IMG/VR virus record: IMGVR_UViG_3300040807_000340
From: a virus
DNA length: 33,480 nt
Strand: one strand, 5' to 3'
Shown: positions 16,222-25,740 of the stretch, one piece after another
Layout of the letters: each line of letters opens with the position of its first letter
Numbering within the stretch: position 1 is the stretch's first letter
Position numbers and translations under genes: made by a program
The notes under the pieces: model-generated
Databases searched by the model: none
What the model was told of the DNA's origin: nothing
What the model saw: only the letters and a program-made list of their open reading frames with translations

Positions 16222-18605
16222 GCGATGAATTTGCACAAGCGCATGATGATTATCACGCATCAAAAGTTATAGTGCAGACGCCGCCACAGCCTGCAATGGC
16301 TATGCCATCTGAAACAGACACGCCAGCCCCGACAGCGCCAGAGGTAACAGAAAAGCAGTTGATGCTTGACCCACAATTTGCATCTGCGGCGCGTGAGGTT
16401 TATATGCTGTTTGAGGGTGAGCCGTTTGATGGCGATGACCGCGCTGCGGCACGTTATGGCATAGATGCTATCGGTGAGTTTAGTTACAATTTTGCTGGTG
16501 GCCTAGTTACGCCAACTGTGACAGGTGCGCCCGGCACTATAGAAGCCGCCGCACTGTTGACAAGTGGCACAGAGGATCAGGCTAAAGCATTTGTATACTT
16601 GATGGATCGTTACGATCAACTGCCAAACTTTACACTAGCTGGCACAGCTAGAATGATACGCGGTTTAATAGCTGATCCCAGTGTTTATACAGGGTTTGGA
16701 ACATTAGCCGCTGGGTTTGTTGCGCGTAAGACCGGGGCTGTTGGCATCAGAAAAATGCTAGCTGAAATAGCAAAGCGCCCCGGCACATCAGCCGCTGTTT
16801 ACACTGGCATTGAGGCCGGTGCGGCTGATCAGCTAACACAAGGCATTGAGAAGCAGGCTGGCTACGATATTGACCCGGTAACGGGCGCACTGCGCACAGG
16901 CATCAGCGCCGTTGTGGGTGGCTTGGCTGGTGGCGGAACAATTAAGGCTGGTGAGGCAATTGCGCGTGAATTAGCGCCTGCTGCGCGTGAATTAGCGCCC
17001 GCTGTTCAAAGAGGGTTGACCCAACTTGGCGAGGGCGCTGAAGCGCGTATGGCTGAACGTGGGCCTATTACTGATCGCGTGATGTCCGGCGTTGATCCTA
17101 TGGAAGTGATTGATCCAGTGCTGGCTGGCCTTGGCCGGATAACCAGATCTGAACAGCCAACAACAGGTTTGTCACAAGCGTCAGATCAGCCCAAGGTTGG
17201 TGGATTAACGCCGGAGTATCGCGTCACCGTTGATGCATTTGAGCCAGAGGGTACTGGCAAGCAATCTATGGTGCCGATTAAACTAACACCAGCAAATGCA
17301 GAAAAAGTAAAGCCGGTTATGGCTCAACTTGAGCAAGAGTTCCCCGATCCGCTAGCATCACCGCAATCATATGCGACTATGGTAGCAAAAATGCAAAACA
17401 AAAAAGAAGTGTCGATGCCACCATCGTGGATGATCGAACACGCGAACAACCCAGAAAAGTGGGCTGATTGGTTTAAGCAAATTACGCCAGATCAAATTAA
17501 GGCGGCTGATGAGGGGCTTGCGGTACAGCAAAAATTTGTTGATGCTTACACATCTAACGCTGGGCCAGAATTGACAGGGCAACTTATGTTGTGGGCAATT
17601 CTTTCAAGGCGTATGTCAGCATTCCCGCATGAGGCTGGCTACCTTGAAATAGCCGAAGCCGGTATGCCATTTATTCAAAAAGCGGCGCGTGGTGAATGGT
17701 CTGAAGCAGACAGCGCCGCATGGCGTGAAATGTCTATGACAATTCAGCCAGAGGGTGCGCCGGGCAAAAGTGCCACATCAAACGCAAACGATTTTGGTGA
17801 GGTATTCTTAAAGAAAATGTCTGCTGTTGATGAAAATGGCGTGTCTGCCCTAACTCGCCTTCACAATTTAATTGCAGATCAAAGCAAAAGCAGCAAAGAA
17901 ATTAGGCGTGAATATTATTCATTGGCGCAAGACACTGGCATTGGAAACAAAATATTATCATTTGCTTTGTTGGTGTCAGGGCGCAATGATGTTGTCGTTC
18001 TTGATCGCATCCAAATTAATCAGATGTGGGGCGGCGGCGAAAAAATATATGATGATATTATGATGCAGTTTGAGGGCGCACAAGGTCTTGTTCAATATGA
18101 GGCGCTTGAGCGGTCATTGATGAACCGTGTGCCTGATTTATATAATCGTGTTGGACGCGGTGATGTTGGCTCTGTTGGCAGATATCACTGGGAAAGCTGG
18201 GTGAGATCATCAGGTCAGATTGTGGCGCACCCAACATTAGAGGCTGTTGTTGGCATGGGGTCTAAACGTCCCGGCGCAAACTTTAGCCCGACAGAAATGG
18301 TGCCTGTAACTGAAGGACGGTTCCATACCAAATATTCTGGCGTGGCATACGAAAAAATGCCGGGTGGTGGAAGCCGTTTTATTTACAACACAAGTGACGG
18401 TCAGCCGTATCAGTTCACAAAAACAGAATTAGATGATATGTTCAAGCAGGCGTTTAGTAAAAAGTCTGGCGTTCTTCCAGCAGACTTTCCCGGCGTCAAA
18501 GCATTTGAGGGTGGAAGCATACCTTGGTATGAGTTTAAAGGAGTAGATCGTGGAAAACTTGACAAACTTATCAGAGCAAAAGGCAAGCCAGCAGAACAAT
18601 ACTAA
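16218..18605 (+). CDS. Large virion-module protein (795 aa) with a helix-hairpin-helix/HhH-GPD-like C-terminal half
   Basis: ATGA coupling to the upstream gene. Colinear motifs: LWAILSRRMS (aa ~458), GIGNKILSFALLVSGRNDVVVLDRIQINQM (aa 574-603), GRYHWESW. A 21-nt tandem duplication lies at 16962-17003. Confidence 0.5.
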   Translation: MSDEFAQAHDDYHASKVIVQTPPQPAMAMPSETDTPAPTAPEVTEKQLMLDPQFASAAREVYMLFEGEPFDGDDRAAARYGIDAIGEFSYNFAGGLVTPTVTGAPGTIEAAALLTSGTEDQAKAFVYLMDRYDQLPNFTLAGTARMIRGLIADPSVYTGFGTLAAGFVARKTGAVGIRKMLAEIAKRPGTSAAVYTGIEAGAADQLTQGIEKQAGYDIDPVTGALRTGISAVVGGLAGGGTIKAGEAIARELAPAARELAPAVQRGLTQLGEGAEARMAERGPITDRVMSGVDPMEVIDPVLAGLGRITRSEQPTTGLSQASDQPKVGGLTPEYRVTVDAFEPEGTGKQSMVPIKLTPANAEKVKPVMAQLEQEFPDPLASPQSYATMVAKMQNKKEVSMPPSWMIEHANNPEKWADWFKQITPDQIKAADEGLAVQQKFVDAYTSNAGPELTGQLMLWAILSRRMSAFPHEAGYLEIAEAGMPFIQKAARGEWSEADSAAWREMSMTIQPEGAPGKSATSNANDFGEVFLKKMSAVDENGVSALTRLHNLIADQSKSSKEIRREYYSLAQDTGIGNKILSFALLVSGRNDVVVLDRIQINQMWGGGEKIYDDIMMQFEGAQGLVQYEALERSLMNRVPDLYNRVGRGDVGSVGRYHWESWVRSSGQIVAHPTLEAVVGMGSKRPGANFSPTEMVPVTEGRFHTKYSGVAYEKMPGGGSRFIYNTSDGQPYQFTKTELDDMFKQAFSKKSGVLPADFPGVKAFEGGSIPWYEFKGVDRGKLDKLIRAKGKPAEQY

Positions 18606-18699
18606 TGTGATGTCATTAGTTGCTGAGTTATACGCAAAACGCGAGGTGATGCCTATGCAGGCAGAACCTGACGAAACAACACAGCCTGAGGAATAAACA

Positions 18700-21600
18700 A
18701 TGGCTATACGCGGCCCAAGAGATCTTGAAGCCAACCTAGACAAGATCGAACAAAACGTGCAAGAGCCGCAGGCTGACTTGTCGCAAGAAGGTATCCAAGA
18801 GGCTGGCCTTGGTTCTCTGTTTGGCAGGTCTGCCGGGCGTGGTGTCGCTAAAGAAATCATAGAGCCACTTACAAAGCGCGGTGCGCGTGTGTCCCCGGAA
18901 AGCAGGATCATTGAGCCGACTGATGAGGTGTTAGAGCCGGGTCTGCCTGCTGCACAAGATCTGCCAGAAGATGTTGTCCCTGTTCAGCCAGAACAGCCGC
19001 CTATCAAAAAACCAGCCCCGGCAACAGATGAGCGCGTTGAGCAAGTAATGCAAGCGCGTGACGAGGCTATGGGTGGCCCGCGTCAGGTGCCGTCACCTAG
19101 CGCAAAGCAGTTGGGCGAGGGCATTGAGGCTGGCCCGGTCAATACGCGCTTTTACGACAGCGACAGTCTGGCAGCTACAGCGCAAGCGGTTGCCGAAACA
19201 TCAGAACCTGACTTTGCCTCACAAACAGTTCAAAGCCTATTTGACCGCGCCATTTTATCTGGCGTCCCTAAAAAGGTTGCAGACGCAATGTTTCGCGGCG
19301 TTCCTATGGAAAGCAAAGTTGGCGGCAACAAACTAGCCACACAACTTGCCGGGTTGCAGGCATTGCACGATGTCAGCGCACAAAGATTAGACGAAATGAT
19401 GCAACAAGCCGCATCAGGCTTATTGACAGATCTTGGCAAGTTTGAATTGCGTGAAACGCTGGCACAGCATCAGGTTATCTTTGATACATTAAAAGGCGCA
19501 AAGCGCGATGTCGCCCGGTCAATGAATGTGTTTAAGGGTGCGCGTGAGCGTAACCTGCCATCGCTCGACATACGCGCCGTGTTAGATAGCGCTGGCGGTG
19601 ATGACCAGTTGCGTGTCTTGGCTGATGCATATCTGCAACAGAAAAACCGTGCGGCTAAAAATAAGATACTTGAAACCGGGCTTATGCGTAAGGGTTACGA
19701 CAGCATCATATATATGGCGCAGGCTACGTTCCTATCCAACTGGGAAACGCATATGTTTAATGTGGCGGCTGGTGTTGGTCAGTTGATTGCTGACGTTCCA
19801 GAAAGGGCGATGGCTGGTTTGGTTTTTAGTCCATTGCGTAAAAGGTTGGCAAAAATTCTTGGCAAAGAATATAACCCTGATCAGTTTTACAAAGAGGATA
19901 TATACGCAAGAGTATCGGCTTTTTATAACGGCACATTAGATGGCCTTGCTCTTATGACCAGAAACGTAAAATCTGGTGGTGCTAAAGATGCGCCGACTAT
20001 GCCAATGGCCCCGTCTAATCTTGAAAACACGCCGCTTTATTTATTTGGCAAAGAGGTGTGGCGAACACCTGAGTATAGAGGCCAGCCGTTGTATCGCGGC
20101 CTAAATGCAATGGGTAATGGCTACTCTATTTTTATGAGGGCTTTGGCCGCTGGCGATGGTTTGATTGGCGGCATAGCACAGCGTATGGAACTGCATGAGC
20201 AGGCTTGGCGATACGGTGCCACCATTTACGACAAAAAGATAGCAGATGGTGCTAGCGCTGAAGATGCGTTAAGTGCGACACAAGAAGCGGTAAATTCGTT
20301 TTTGGTTGAGCGCCCGGCTGATATTGAAGCCAGTATGGAAGGCTTTAGAAAACAAGTTACGCTAATGTCAGATCTTGATCGACAGTCACAATTGGGACGC
20401 ACTTACTGGGGCGCTCAAAGAATTATGAACTGGCCCTTGGTTAAACCAATTATGCTGTTCAACAAGTCTGTCACAAATCTGGCTATTGAGGGCGCGGCCC
20501 GGTTGCCTATCTTGAATTTTATATCTCCGCGTTTTTACAGCGAATGGCAAAAGGGTGGCAGGCATAAAGACTTAGCTATTAGTCGCATTGCGTTTGGCGG
20601 CATGATGGGTCTTGGCGCATACAAGCTAGCATTTGATGGACGTGTCACGGGATTTGGGCCTACAGGCACAGAAGATAGAAACAATCTTAAACGCGCTGGC
20701 TGGCAAGAGTTTAGTTTGAGATTTAATAATGATGAGATTTCAGATGAAATACTTGAGCGCTTGAATATCATTCTGGGCGCTGGATCAGCGACAAGAGGAA
20801 CAGGCACATTTGAGGGTAGCACATTTGTGTCGTTTAAAAGATTAGAGCCTGTCACAATACCATTTATTATGGGCGCGGCTATGGCAGACGCTATGAAGTA
20901 TCGCGCCTACAATCCTGATGATACTGATTATCAAATAATGATGGACGCTATGATGGCGTCACTGGCTGAATACTCAACCAATATGCCGGCTATGCAATCA
21001 GTAAATGAATTTATGCGTATATTCAACCAGCGCCAAACAGATGGTGGCGATAAGTTTGCGGCAATGGTTGAGGCTTACTTTAAACAAGTTGCTAATGTTG
21101 CTATCGCTGGCACACCCGTTGTTGGTTTTGCCAACAGTGCTTTGTTTGGCAAGATAGAGCGTATGCTTGACCCGGCACTAAGCAACACCGCTGTCAATCA
21201 GGCGCAAGTTGAGTGGGCAGATGCATACGGTATTGACGCAACAACGCCCGGCATCAGAGCATTTTTTGAGGCTTACAACAAAACTATGTCGCGTGTGCCA
21301 AACGCATCAAACAAACTACCGCCAAAGCTAGATGAGCGTGGGCGTCCAATTGTGTATGATGCAGAATATGCAGTAAGGCCAATGTCAACAACTAAGGGCA
21401 AACCTGATGAGGTTGCTGAATTGCTGGCGTCAATAAACCACGGCATTGGCTATCCAAAGTTTGATATATCTGGTGTGCGCCTGACAGCCGAACAGCAAAA
21501 TATGTACTTGAAAATGCAACAGGACAGGCACGATGGCATGACAATGGATGATGCCATCATCAGAACCATCAATGAGCGCTTGAATGATGCGGAACGTATG

Positions 21601-21825
21601 GGCATAAAGCCGCCCCTTGGATCATTGCAGAATGATGTTGATCAGGTTGTTAATGAGTATCGGGCAAGAGCGCGTGACAAGATGTTTGGGGAAATGATTA
21701 AAGACAAGGACACGGGCCTTGTTCACTTCACCGGCAGAACGAAAGACGGTGCGCCAGTTATGTATGAAGACACGGCGGCTGAGATGGCAATGAACCAAGA
21801 GAACATCAACCTATACGGCAGATAG
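18700..21825 (+). CDS. Large internal virion / DNA-ejection protein (gp16-like position)
   Basis: 1041 aa. SD tgaggaataaacaATG. It is the last large gene before the tail fibre. No lytic transglycosylase motif was seen. Confidence 0.5.
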   Translation: MAIRGPRDLEANLDKIEQNVQEPQADLSQEGIQEAGLGSLFGRSAGRGVAKEIIEPLTKRGARVSPESRIIEPTDEVLEPGLPAAQDLPEDVVPVQPEQPPIKKPAPATDERVEQVMQARDEAMGGPRQVPSPSAKQLGEGIEAGPVNTRFYDSDSLAATAQAVAETSEPDFASQTVQSLFDRAILSGVPKKVADAMFRGVPMESKVGGNKLATQLAGLQALHDVSAQRLDEMMQQAASGLLTDLGKFELRETLAQHQVIFDTLKGAKRDVARSMNVFKGARERNLPSLDIRAVLDSAGGDDQLRVLADAYLQQKNRAAKNKILETGLMRKGYDSIIYMAQATFLSNWETHMFNVAAGVGQLIADVPERAMAGLVFSPLRKRLAKILGKEYNPDQFYKEDIYARVSAFYNGTLDGLALMTRNVKSGGAKDAPTMPMAPSNLENTPLYLFGKEVWRTPEYRGQPLYRGLNAMGNGYSIFMRALAAGDGLIGGIAQRMELHEQAWRYGATIYDKKIADGASAEDALSATQEAVNSFLVERPADIEASMEGFRKQVTLMSDLDRQSQLGRTYWGAQRIMNWPLVKPIMLFNKSVTNLAIEGAARLPILNFISPRFYSEWQKGGRHKDLAISRIAFGGMMGLGAYKLAFDGRVTGFGPTGTEDRNNLKRAGWQEFSLRFNNDEISDEILERLNIILGAGSATRGTGTFEGSTFVSFKRLEPVTIPFIMGAAMADAMKYRAYNPDDTDYQIMMDAMMASLAEYSTNMPAMQSVNEFMRIFNQRQTDGGDKFAAMVEAYFKQVANVAIAGTPVVGFANSALFGKIERMLDPALSNTAVNQAQVEWADAYGIDATTPGIRAFFEAYNKTMSRVPNASNKLPPKLDERGRPIVYDAEYAVRPMSTTKGKPDEVAELLASINHGIGYPKFDISGVRLTAEQQNMYLKMQQDRHDGMTMDDAIIRTINERLNDAERMGIKPPLGSLQNDVDQVVNEYRARARDKMFGEMIKDKDTGLVHFTGRTKDGAPVMYEDTAAEMAMNQENINLYGR

Positions 21826-21864
21826 GAAATGGTGTATTATTCACACAAGAATGTGAGGCATTAA

Positions 21865-23571
21865 ATGGCAGATTACAGTATCAACGCAATTACGCGGCGT
21901 GTCGTGTTTACCGGGTCAGCGGGTGTTGGCCCGTATGCCTTTTCATTTGAGGTCTTAGATGAAAACGATGTGGCTGTTTATTTCAATACCACACTGTTAA
22001 CGCTGACAACAGACTACACTGTAACCATTAACGCTAACGGCACCGGATCAGTCACAATCGTAACCGGGTCTGGCGTACCATCAACACCAATTGCCTCAGA
22101 CACAATAATCATCATTGGCGCTAGGGACATTGAGCGTGTCACTGACTTTGTGACTGCCGGGGATTTGCTGGCATCTAGCCTCAATGAACAGCTAGACGCA
22201 CTGACCATTTTTGACCAGCAATTAGCAGAGGAGGGTCAGCGCTCAATGAGAGCGCCAGTGTATGACCCTGCATTAGTCGCTGATGGTGGCACGTTAGATA
22301 TGACACTGCCATCCGCGTCAGAACGTGCTGGTAAGAACTTAGCGTTTGACGCAAATGGTAACCCAGAAGCGGGTGAAGATATCGGCACGTTCCGGGGGAA
22401 CTGGGCCGCAAGCACCACATATTATAAGCGTGATATTGTGAAGGATGCCAGCAACGACAACCTTTATCGCGTCAACACAGAACACACATCAAGCGGCACA
22501 ACGCCAATCAGCAGCAACGCTGATGCGGCAAAGTTTGATTTAATCATTGATGCAGAGGCCGCATACAATTATGCAAGTGATGCAGAAAAGCTAGCCATTA
22601 ACCCAGAGGACAGCCAGTTCACACTAAGCGATGGCGTCACCACTGGCTATTCAGCGTTGCACCATAAAGAAAAGGCGCTTGATGCACAGACTGCGGCAGA
22701 GGCCGCACAGACCGCCGCTGAGACAGCCAAGATTGGTGCAGAGACAGCAGAGACTAACGCGCAGACAGCACAAACCGCCGCTGAAAATGCGAGAGATGCG
22801 ACACTCGCCGCATATGACAATTTTGATGACCGTTACCTTGGGGTCTTTGCTAGTGATCCAACCGTTGACAATGACGGTGACCCGCTTGTTGCTGGCAGTT
22901 TGTATTTCAATAGCGCTGACGGCGTGATGAAGATTTACACTGGCAGTGCTTGGGTTGCGGCGTATGTATCAGGAACAGGTTTTCTAGCCACAACTGGCGG
23001 CACGATGACGGGCGACATCGTCTATGCAGATGACGCGGCTGCTAAATTTGGCGATGACACAGACTTAACAATTGTTCACGACAGCGGTGTGAATAACACA
23101 CTTTTCAAGTCGGACACTCTTGAGTTTAAAAGCAAGGCTAACGCCAACCTCACATTTAAGATAAGCCCCGGCGCAACCAAGGCTGCCACACTGTACTATC
23201 AGGGCACCGAAAGGGTTGCAATCCAAATTGGCGGCACGGTTTTCAGCGGTGGTATATATGCTGATACAGCAAGCATTGCAAACCTTGCATACCCAACATC
23301 TGATGGTACGGCTGGTCAAGTATTAAAGACTGATGGTGCTGGCAGCCTGTCATTTGGTGATGCGGCGGCTGGTGGTGCTGGTTATTTCTTAGGTGAGAAC
23401 GGTGCAACTGGTGACACCACCAACGGCAAGGGTGATATTTTTAGAGTTCATGAGGCGCAGCTTGATACGAACGTAACGATTGATGCTAGCAATAACGCTA
23501 TGTGCGCTGGCCCATTAACTGTAGCAACGGGAGTTACTGTGACAGTCAACGGTAATCTGGTGATAGCATGA
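21865..23571 (+). CDS. Tail fibre protein
   Basis: Ala/Thr/Glu-rich coiled repeat AQTAAEAAQTAAETAKIGAETAETNAQTAQTAAENA. Fibre-type motif DDRYLGVFASDPTVDNDGDPLVAGSLYFN. Beta-rich C-terminus. Confidence 0.8.
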   Translation: MADYSINAITRRVVFTGSAGVGPYAFSFEVLDENDVAVYFNTTLLTLTTDYTVTINANGTGSVTIVTGSGVPSTPIASDTIIIIGARDIERVTDFVTAGDLLASSLNEQLDALTIFDQQLAEEGQRSMRAPVYDPALVADGGTLDMTLPSASERAGKNLAFDANGNPEAGEDIGTFRGNWAASTTYYKRDIVKDASNDNLYRVNTEHTSSGTTPISSNADAAKFDLIIDAEAAYNYASDAEKLAINPEDSQFTLSDGVTTGYSALHHKEKALDAQTAAEAAQTAAETAKIGAETAETNAQTAQTAAENARDATLAAYDNFDDRYLGVFASDPTVDNDGDPLVAGSLYFNSADGVMKIYTGSAWVAAYVSGTGFLATTGGTMTGDIVYADDAAAKFGDDTDLTIVHDSGVNNTLFKSDTLEFKSKANANLTFKISPGATKAATLYYQGTERVAIQIGGTVFSGGIYADTASIANLAYPTSDGTAGQVLKTDGAGSLSFGDAAAGGAGYFLGENGATGDTTNGKGDIFRVHEAQLDTNVTIDASNNAMCAGPLTVATGVTVTVNGNLVIA

Positions 23572-23930
23572 GCGAGTTAAGAGCAGACACAATCACAGCG
23601 AGCGATGGCACAAGTCCTGTCACGCTGACGAAACAGAGTGCAGCGAAGGCTTTTATAGTAGGTACGGATGCCGCTGGGATAACTAACAGCCTGAATGTAG
23701 GTTCAGGCACAGATAACGGAATAGGAAATTATAGCTATTCATATGTAAATAATATGGCTGATTCAAATTGGTGTTTTTCAGGTTCGTCTGAAGTGGTAGC
23801 AAGGATGGTTACTTTAGACGCATCTAGTGTGGCAAAAGATAGTAACGGATTTGATGTTAGACTTTATATACATAATGGGCTCGAAGGCGACAACCCACAC
23901 GGCGGTCAAATTCACGGAGACTTAGCATGA
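23568..23930 (+). CDS. Fibre-tip / receptor-binding-type paralog 1 (120 aa, ends HGDLA)
   Basis: ATGA coupling to the fibre gene. N-terminus MSELRADTIT, then AKAF...NVGSGTDNGIGNYSYSY, and C-terminus IHGDLA. Confidence 0.65.
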   Translation: MSELRADTITASDGTSPVTLTKQSAAKAFIVGTDAAGITNSLNVGSGTDNGIGNYSYSYVNNMADSNWCFSGSSEVVARMVTLDASSVAKDSNGFDVRLYIHNGLEGDNPHGGQIHGDLA

Positions 23931-24352
23931 GTGAGATAAAAGTAGATACCCTCACAGGCAAGACCACCGCCAACGACATCACCGTGACGGTTGGCGCTAC
24001 TGCTACGATGTCTCTGGAACAGGGGTTGGCGAAAGTGGTTTATGCCTTTGACCAGTACGGCGGTCATTATGGTTTGAATACTGCAAGCCTTGAAAACCTA
24101 AACGTATCAAGCGTAGTGGACCACGCCGTTGGTTCAACGATACCAAGTTTCACAAACAATATGGCAACAAACGAATACATCGTGCCAACTGGCGCACACT
24201 ATATGCCAGACCCTAGTGGCACTTACAACTACATGAGATGGGCATCACCACACACTTTATCAACAAGCAGTATGGGTCTTATAAGCGGCTATACTTACAC
24301 AAACTTTCAGGATAACTGGGCCTGCTGTACGGTACACGGAGACTTAGCATAA
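23927..24352 (+). CDS. Fibre-tip / receptor-binding-type paralog 2 (141 aa, ends HGDLA)
   Basis: ATGA coupling. N-terminus MSEIKVDTLT, then LAKVV...NVSSVVDHAVG, and C-terminus VHGDLA. Confidence 0.65.
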   Translation: MSEIKVDTLTGKTTANDITVTVGATATMSLEQGLAKVVYAFDQYGGHYGLNTASLENLNVSSVVDHAVGSTIPSFTNNMATNEYIVPTGAHYMPDPSGTYNYMRWASPHTLSTSSMGLISGYTYTNFQDNWACCTVHGDLA

Positions 24353-24741
24353 TGGCTGGAAAAATTATAGCAGATACGCTGGAACACAGCACCGCTGGGT
24401 CAATCGCCACGAACTATGTTGTTAAAGGTAGTGCGAAGGCGTGGGTTAACTTTGATGGAACTGGAACACCAGCAACAACATATTCATTCGGCGTATCTTC
24501 ATTGGATGACAATGGCACAGGCAATTACGATGTAAATTACACGACTGCATTTAGTGACAACCGCTACGGGGCAATGATTACTGTCAGCGACAAACCCGGA
24601 AGTCACAATGACAACATTGGTGTGATTGTATCTGGTTCAATAGCGGCGGGTTCTTTGCGGTTGTACACATATCGTTCCAGCACAGCGGCGCAAAATGACT
24701 TGCCAATCATTACACAAGCATCACACGGAGACCTCGCCTGA
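24352..24741 (+). CDS. Fibre-tip / receptor-binding-type paralog 3 (129 aa, ends HGDLA)
   Basis: TAATG coupling. Motifs IIADTL, then SAKAWVNFDGTGTPATTYSFGVSSLDDNGTGNYDVNYTTAFSDNRY, which is the most canonical form of a family common in marine phages. C-terminus SHGDLA. Confidence 0.7.
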   Translation: MAGKIIADTLEHSTAGSIATNYVVKGSAKAWVNFDGTGTPATTYSFGVSSLDDNGTGNYDVNYTTAFSDNRYGAMITVSDKPGSHNDNIGVIVSGSIAAGSLRLYTYRSSTAAQNDLPIITQASHGDLA

Positions 24742-25199
24742 TGCAGACACCTAATTTCAAAGGCACTCACCTGTTTGACCGTCTGTGCTGGGCAAAGGAA
24801 AACCTAGACGGTGTGCAGTCAGACTACCGTGTGGTCTATGAGGACAGCATTGATGACTGCGCCAAGATACTTGTGCCTGACCCTAACTGGATGGCGTGTG
24901 CATTGCAGGGCGGTATCCTGCCACCTGTGTGGGTGTACCATGAGTTAGCTAAAGACGAAGCACAACCCGACTTCAAGAAGCACACTCGTGGATACCTTCT
25001 GCATCAGACAGAGCCAATGCCAGCAATGACTGAAGAAGAAGCGATTGAATACCTAATTCAAAAAGATGTGCCACAGAACGTCTGGCAGAATTGGGATGAG
25101 GGCAACCGCCCGACTATGGTAATATGCCGCAAGGAACAATTACCGCAGACAAGAGAATGGCGCAACGCTTGGCGCATATCTGATGAACTAGCCGCATAG
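24741..25199 (+). CDS. Hypothetical protein (152 aa), C-terminal REWRNAWR motif
   Basis: TGATG coupling. The ORF is in the track. No family is assigned. Confidence 0.55.
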   Translation: MQTPNFKGTHLFDRLCWAKENLDGVQSDYRVVYEDSIDDCAKILVPDPNWMACALQGGILPPVWVYHELAKDEAQPDFKKHTRGYLLHQTEPMPAMTEEEAIEYLIQKDVPQNVWQNWDEGNRPTMVICRKEQLPQTREWRNAWRISDELAA

Positions 25200-25208
25200 G
25201 AGATTCTA

Positions 25209-25568
25209 ATGGCTGTAACAACATACATCGTAGATAAGGACGGTAATCAGATTGACGCTTCAACTGCTACCGTTCCAGCAAACCGTGACTTTCGTGGTGC
25301 TTGGGTATTATCAGGCAACGTAATCAGCGAGGACTTGGCAAAGGCAAAGGAAATCTTTGCTGACAAAATTCGTGAAGCCCGTGGCCCACTACTTGCAGCA
25401 CTGGACACTGACTATATGAAGGCACTTGAAACAGGCGCAGACACAACACAGATTGTGGCTGATAAGCAAGCACTGCGTGATGCACCGACTGCTGGCGACA
25501 GTGCTACAACCGTTGCTGAATTAAAGGCTGCTTGGCCTTCTTGCTGTGGTGATAGCCCCTACGCATAG
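25209..25568 (+). CDS. Hypothetical protein with DUF4376-like pattern (RDFRGAW ... IREARGPLLAALD ... KQALRDAP)
   Basis: SD aggag lies upstream. The pattern is often seen fused to or next to tail fibre genes. Confidence 0.5.
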   Translation: MAVTTYIVDKDGNQIDASTATVPANRDFRGAWVLSGNVISEDLAKAKEIFADKIREARGPLLAALDTDYMKALETGADTTQIVADKQALRDAPTAGDSATTVAELKAAWPSCCGDSPYA

Positions 25569-25575
25569 GTGAACA

Positions 25576-25740
25576 ATGAACAACGACACACATACCGACA
25601 TCGCTTTGGCTACTGGTGCTATAACTAGCCCGGTGTGGCTTCATGCCTTGAATGAGTGGGTGACGCTAGTTGCTGGCCTGATTGGTATTGTGTTGTTGAT
25701 CATTCGCATTCGCAAAGCGATGCGTGAAGACGATGTTTAA
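25576..25740 (+). CDS. 54-aa membrane mini-protein, holin/antiholin-like, below the ORF-track cutoff
   Basis: Hand translation: MNNDTHTDIALATGAITSPVWLHALNEWVTLVAGLIGIVLLIIRIRKAMREDDV. There is one clear TM segment and a charged C-terminus. It opens the lysis region. Confidence 0.5.
   Translation: MNNDTHTDIALATGAITSPVWLHALNEWVTLVAGLIGIVLLIIRIRKAMREDDV

Noticed and set aside
18610-18696. 28-aa ORF (MSLVAELYAKREVMPMQAEPDETTQPEE) in the gap before the 1041-aa gene
   Set aside because: It has no SD, is very short and has no motif. The 3-prime part of the gap is needed as the SD (gagga) for the next gene. It is kept only as a remote possibility.
21865-24741. Diversity-generating retroelement or invertible (Gin/Cin-type) tail-fibre switch
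   Set aside because: The Bbp19-like gene, the variable fibre paralogs and a small serine recombinase prompted the search. No reverse transcriptase or TR/VR repeat pair exists. All fibre cassettes are in the same orientation with no flanking inverted repeats, and the recombinase lies 5 kb away.
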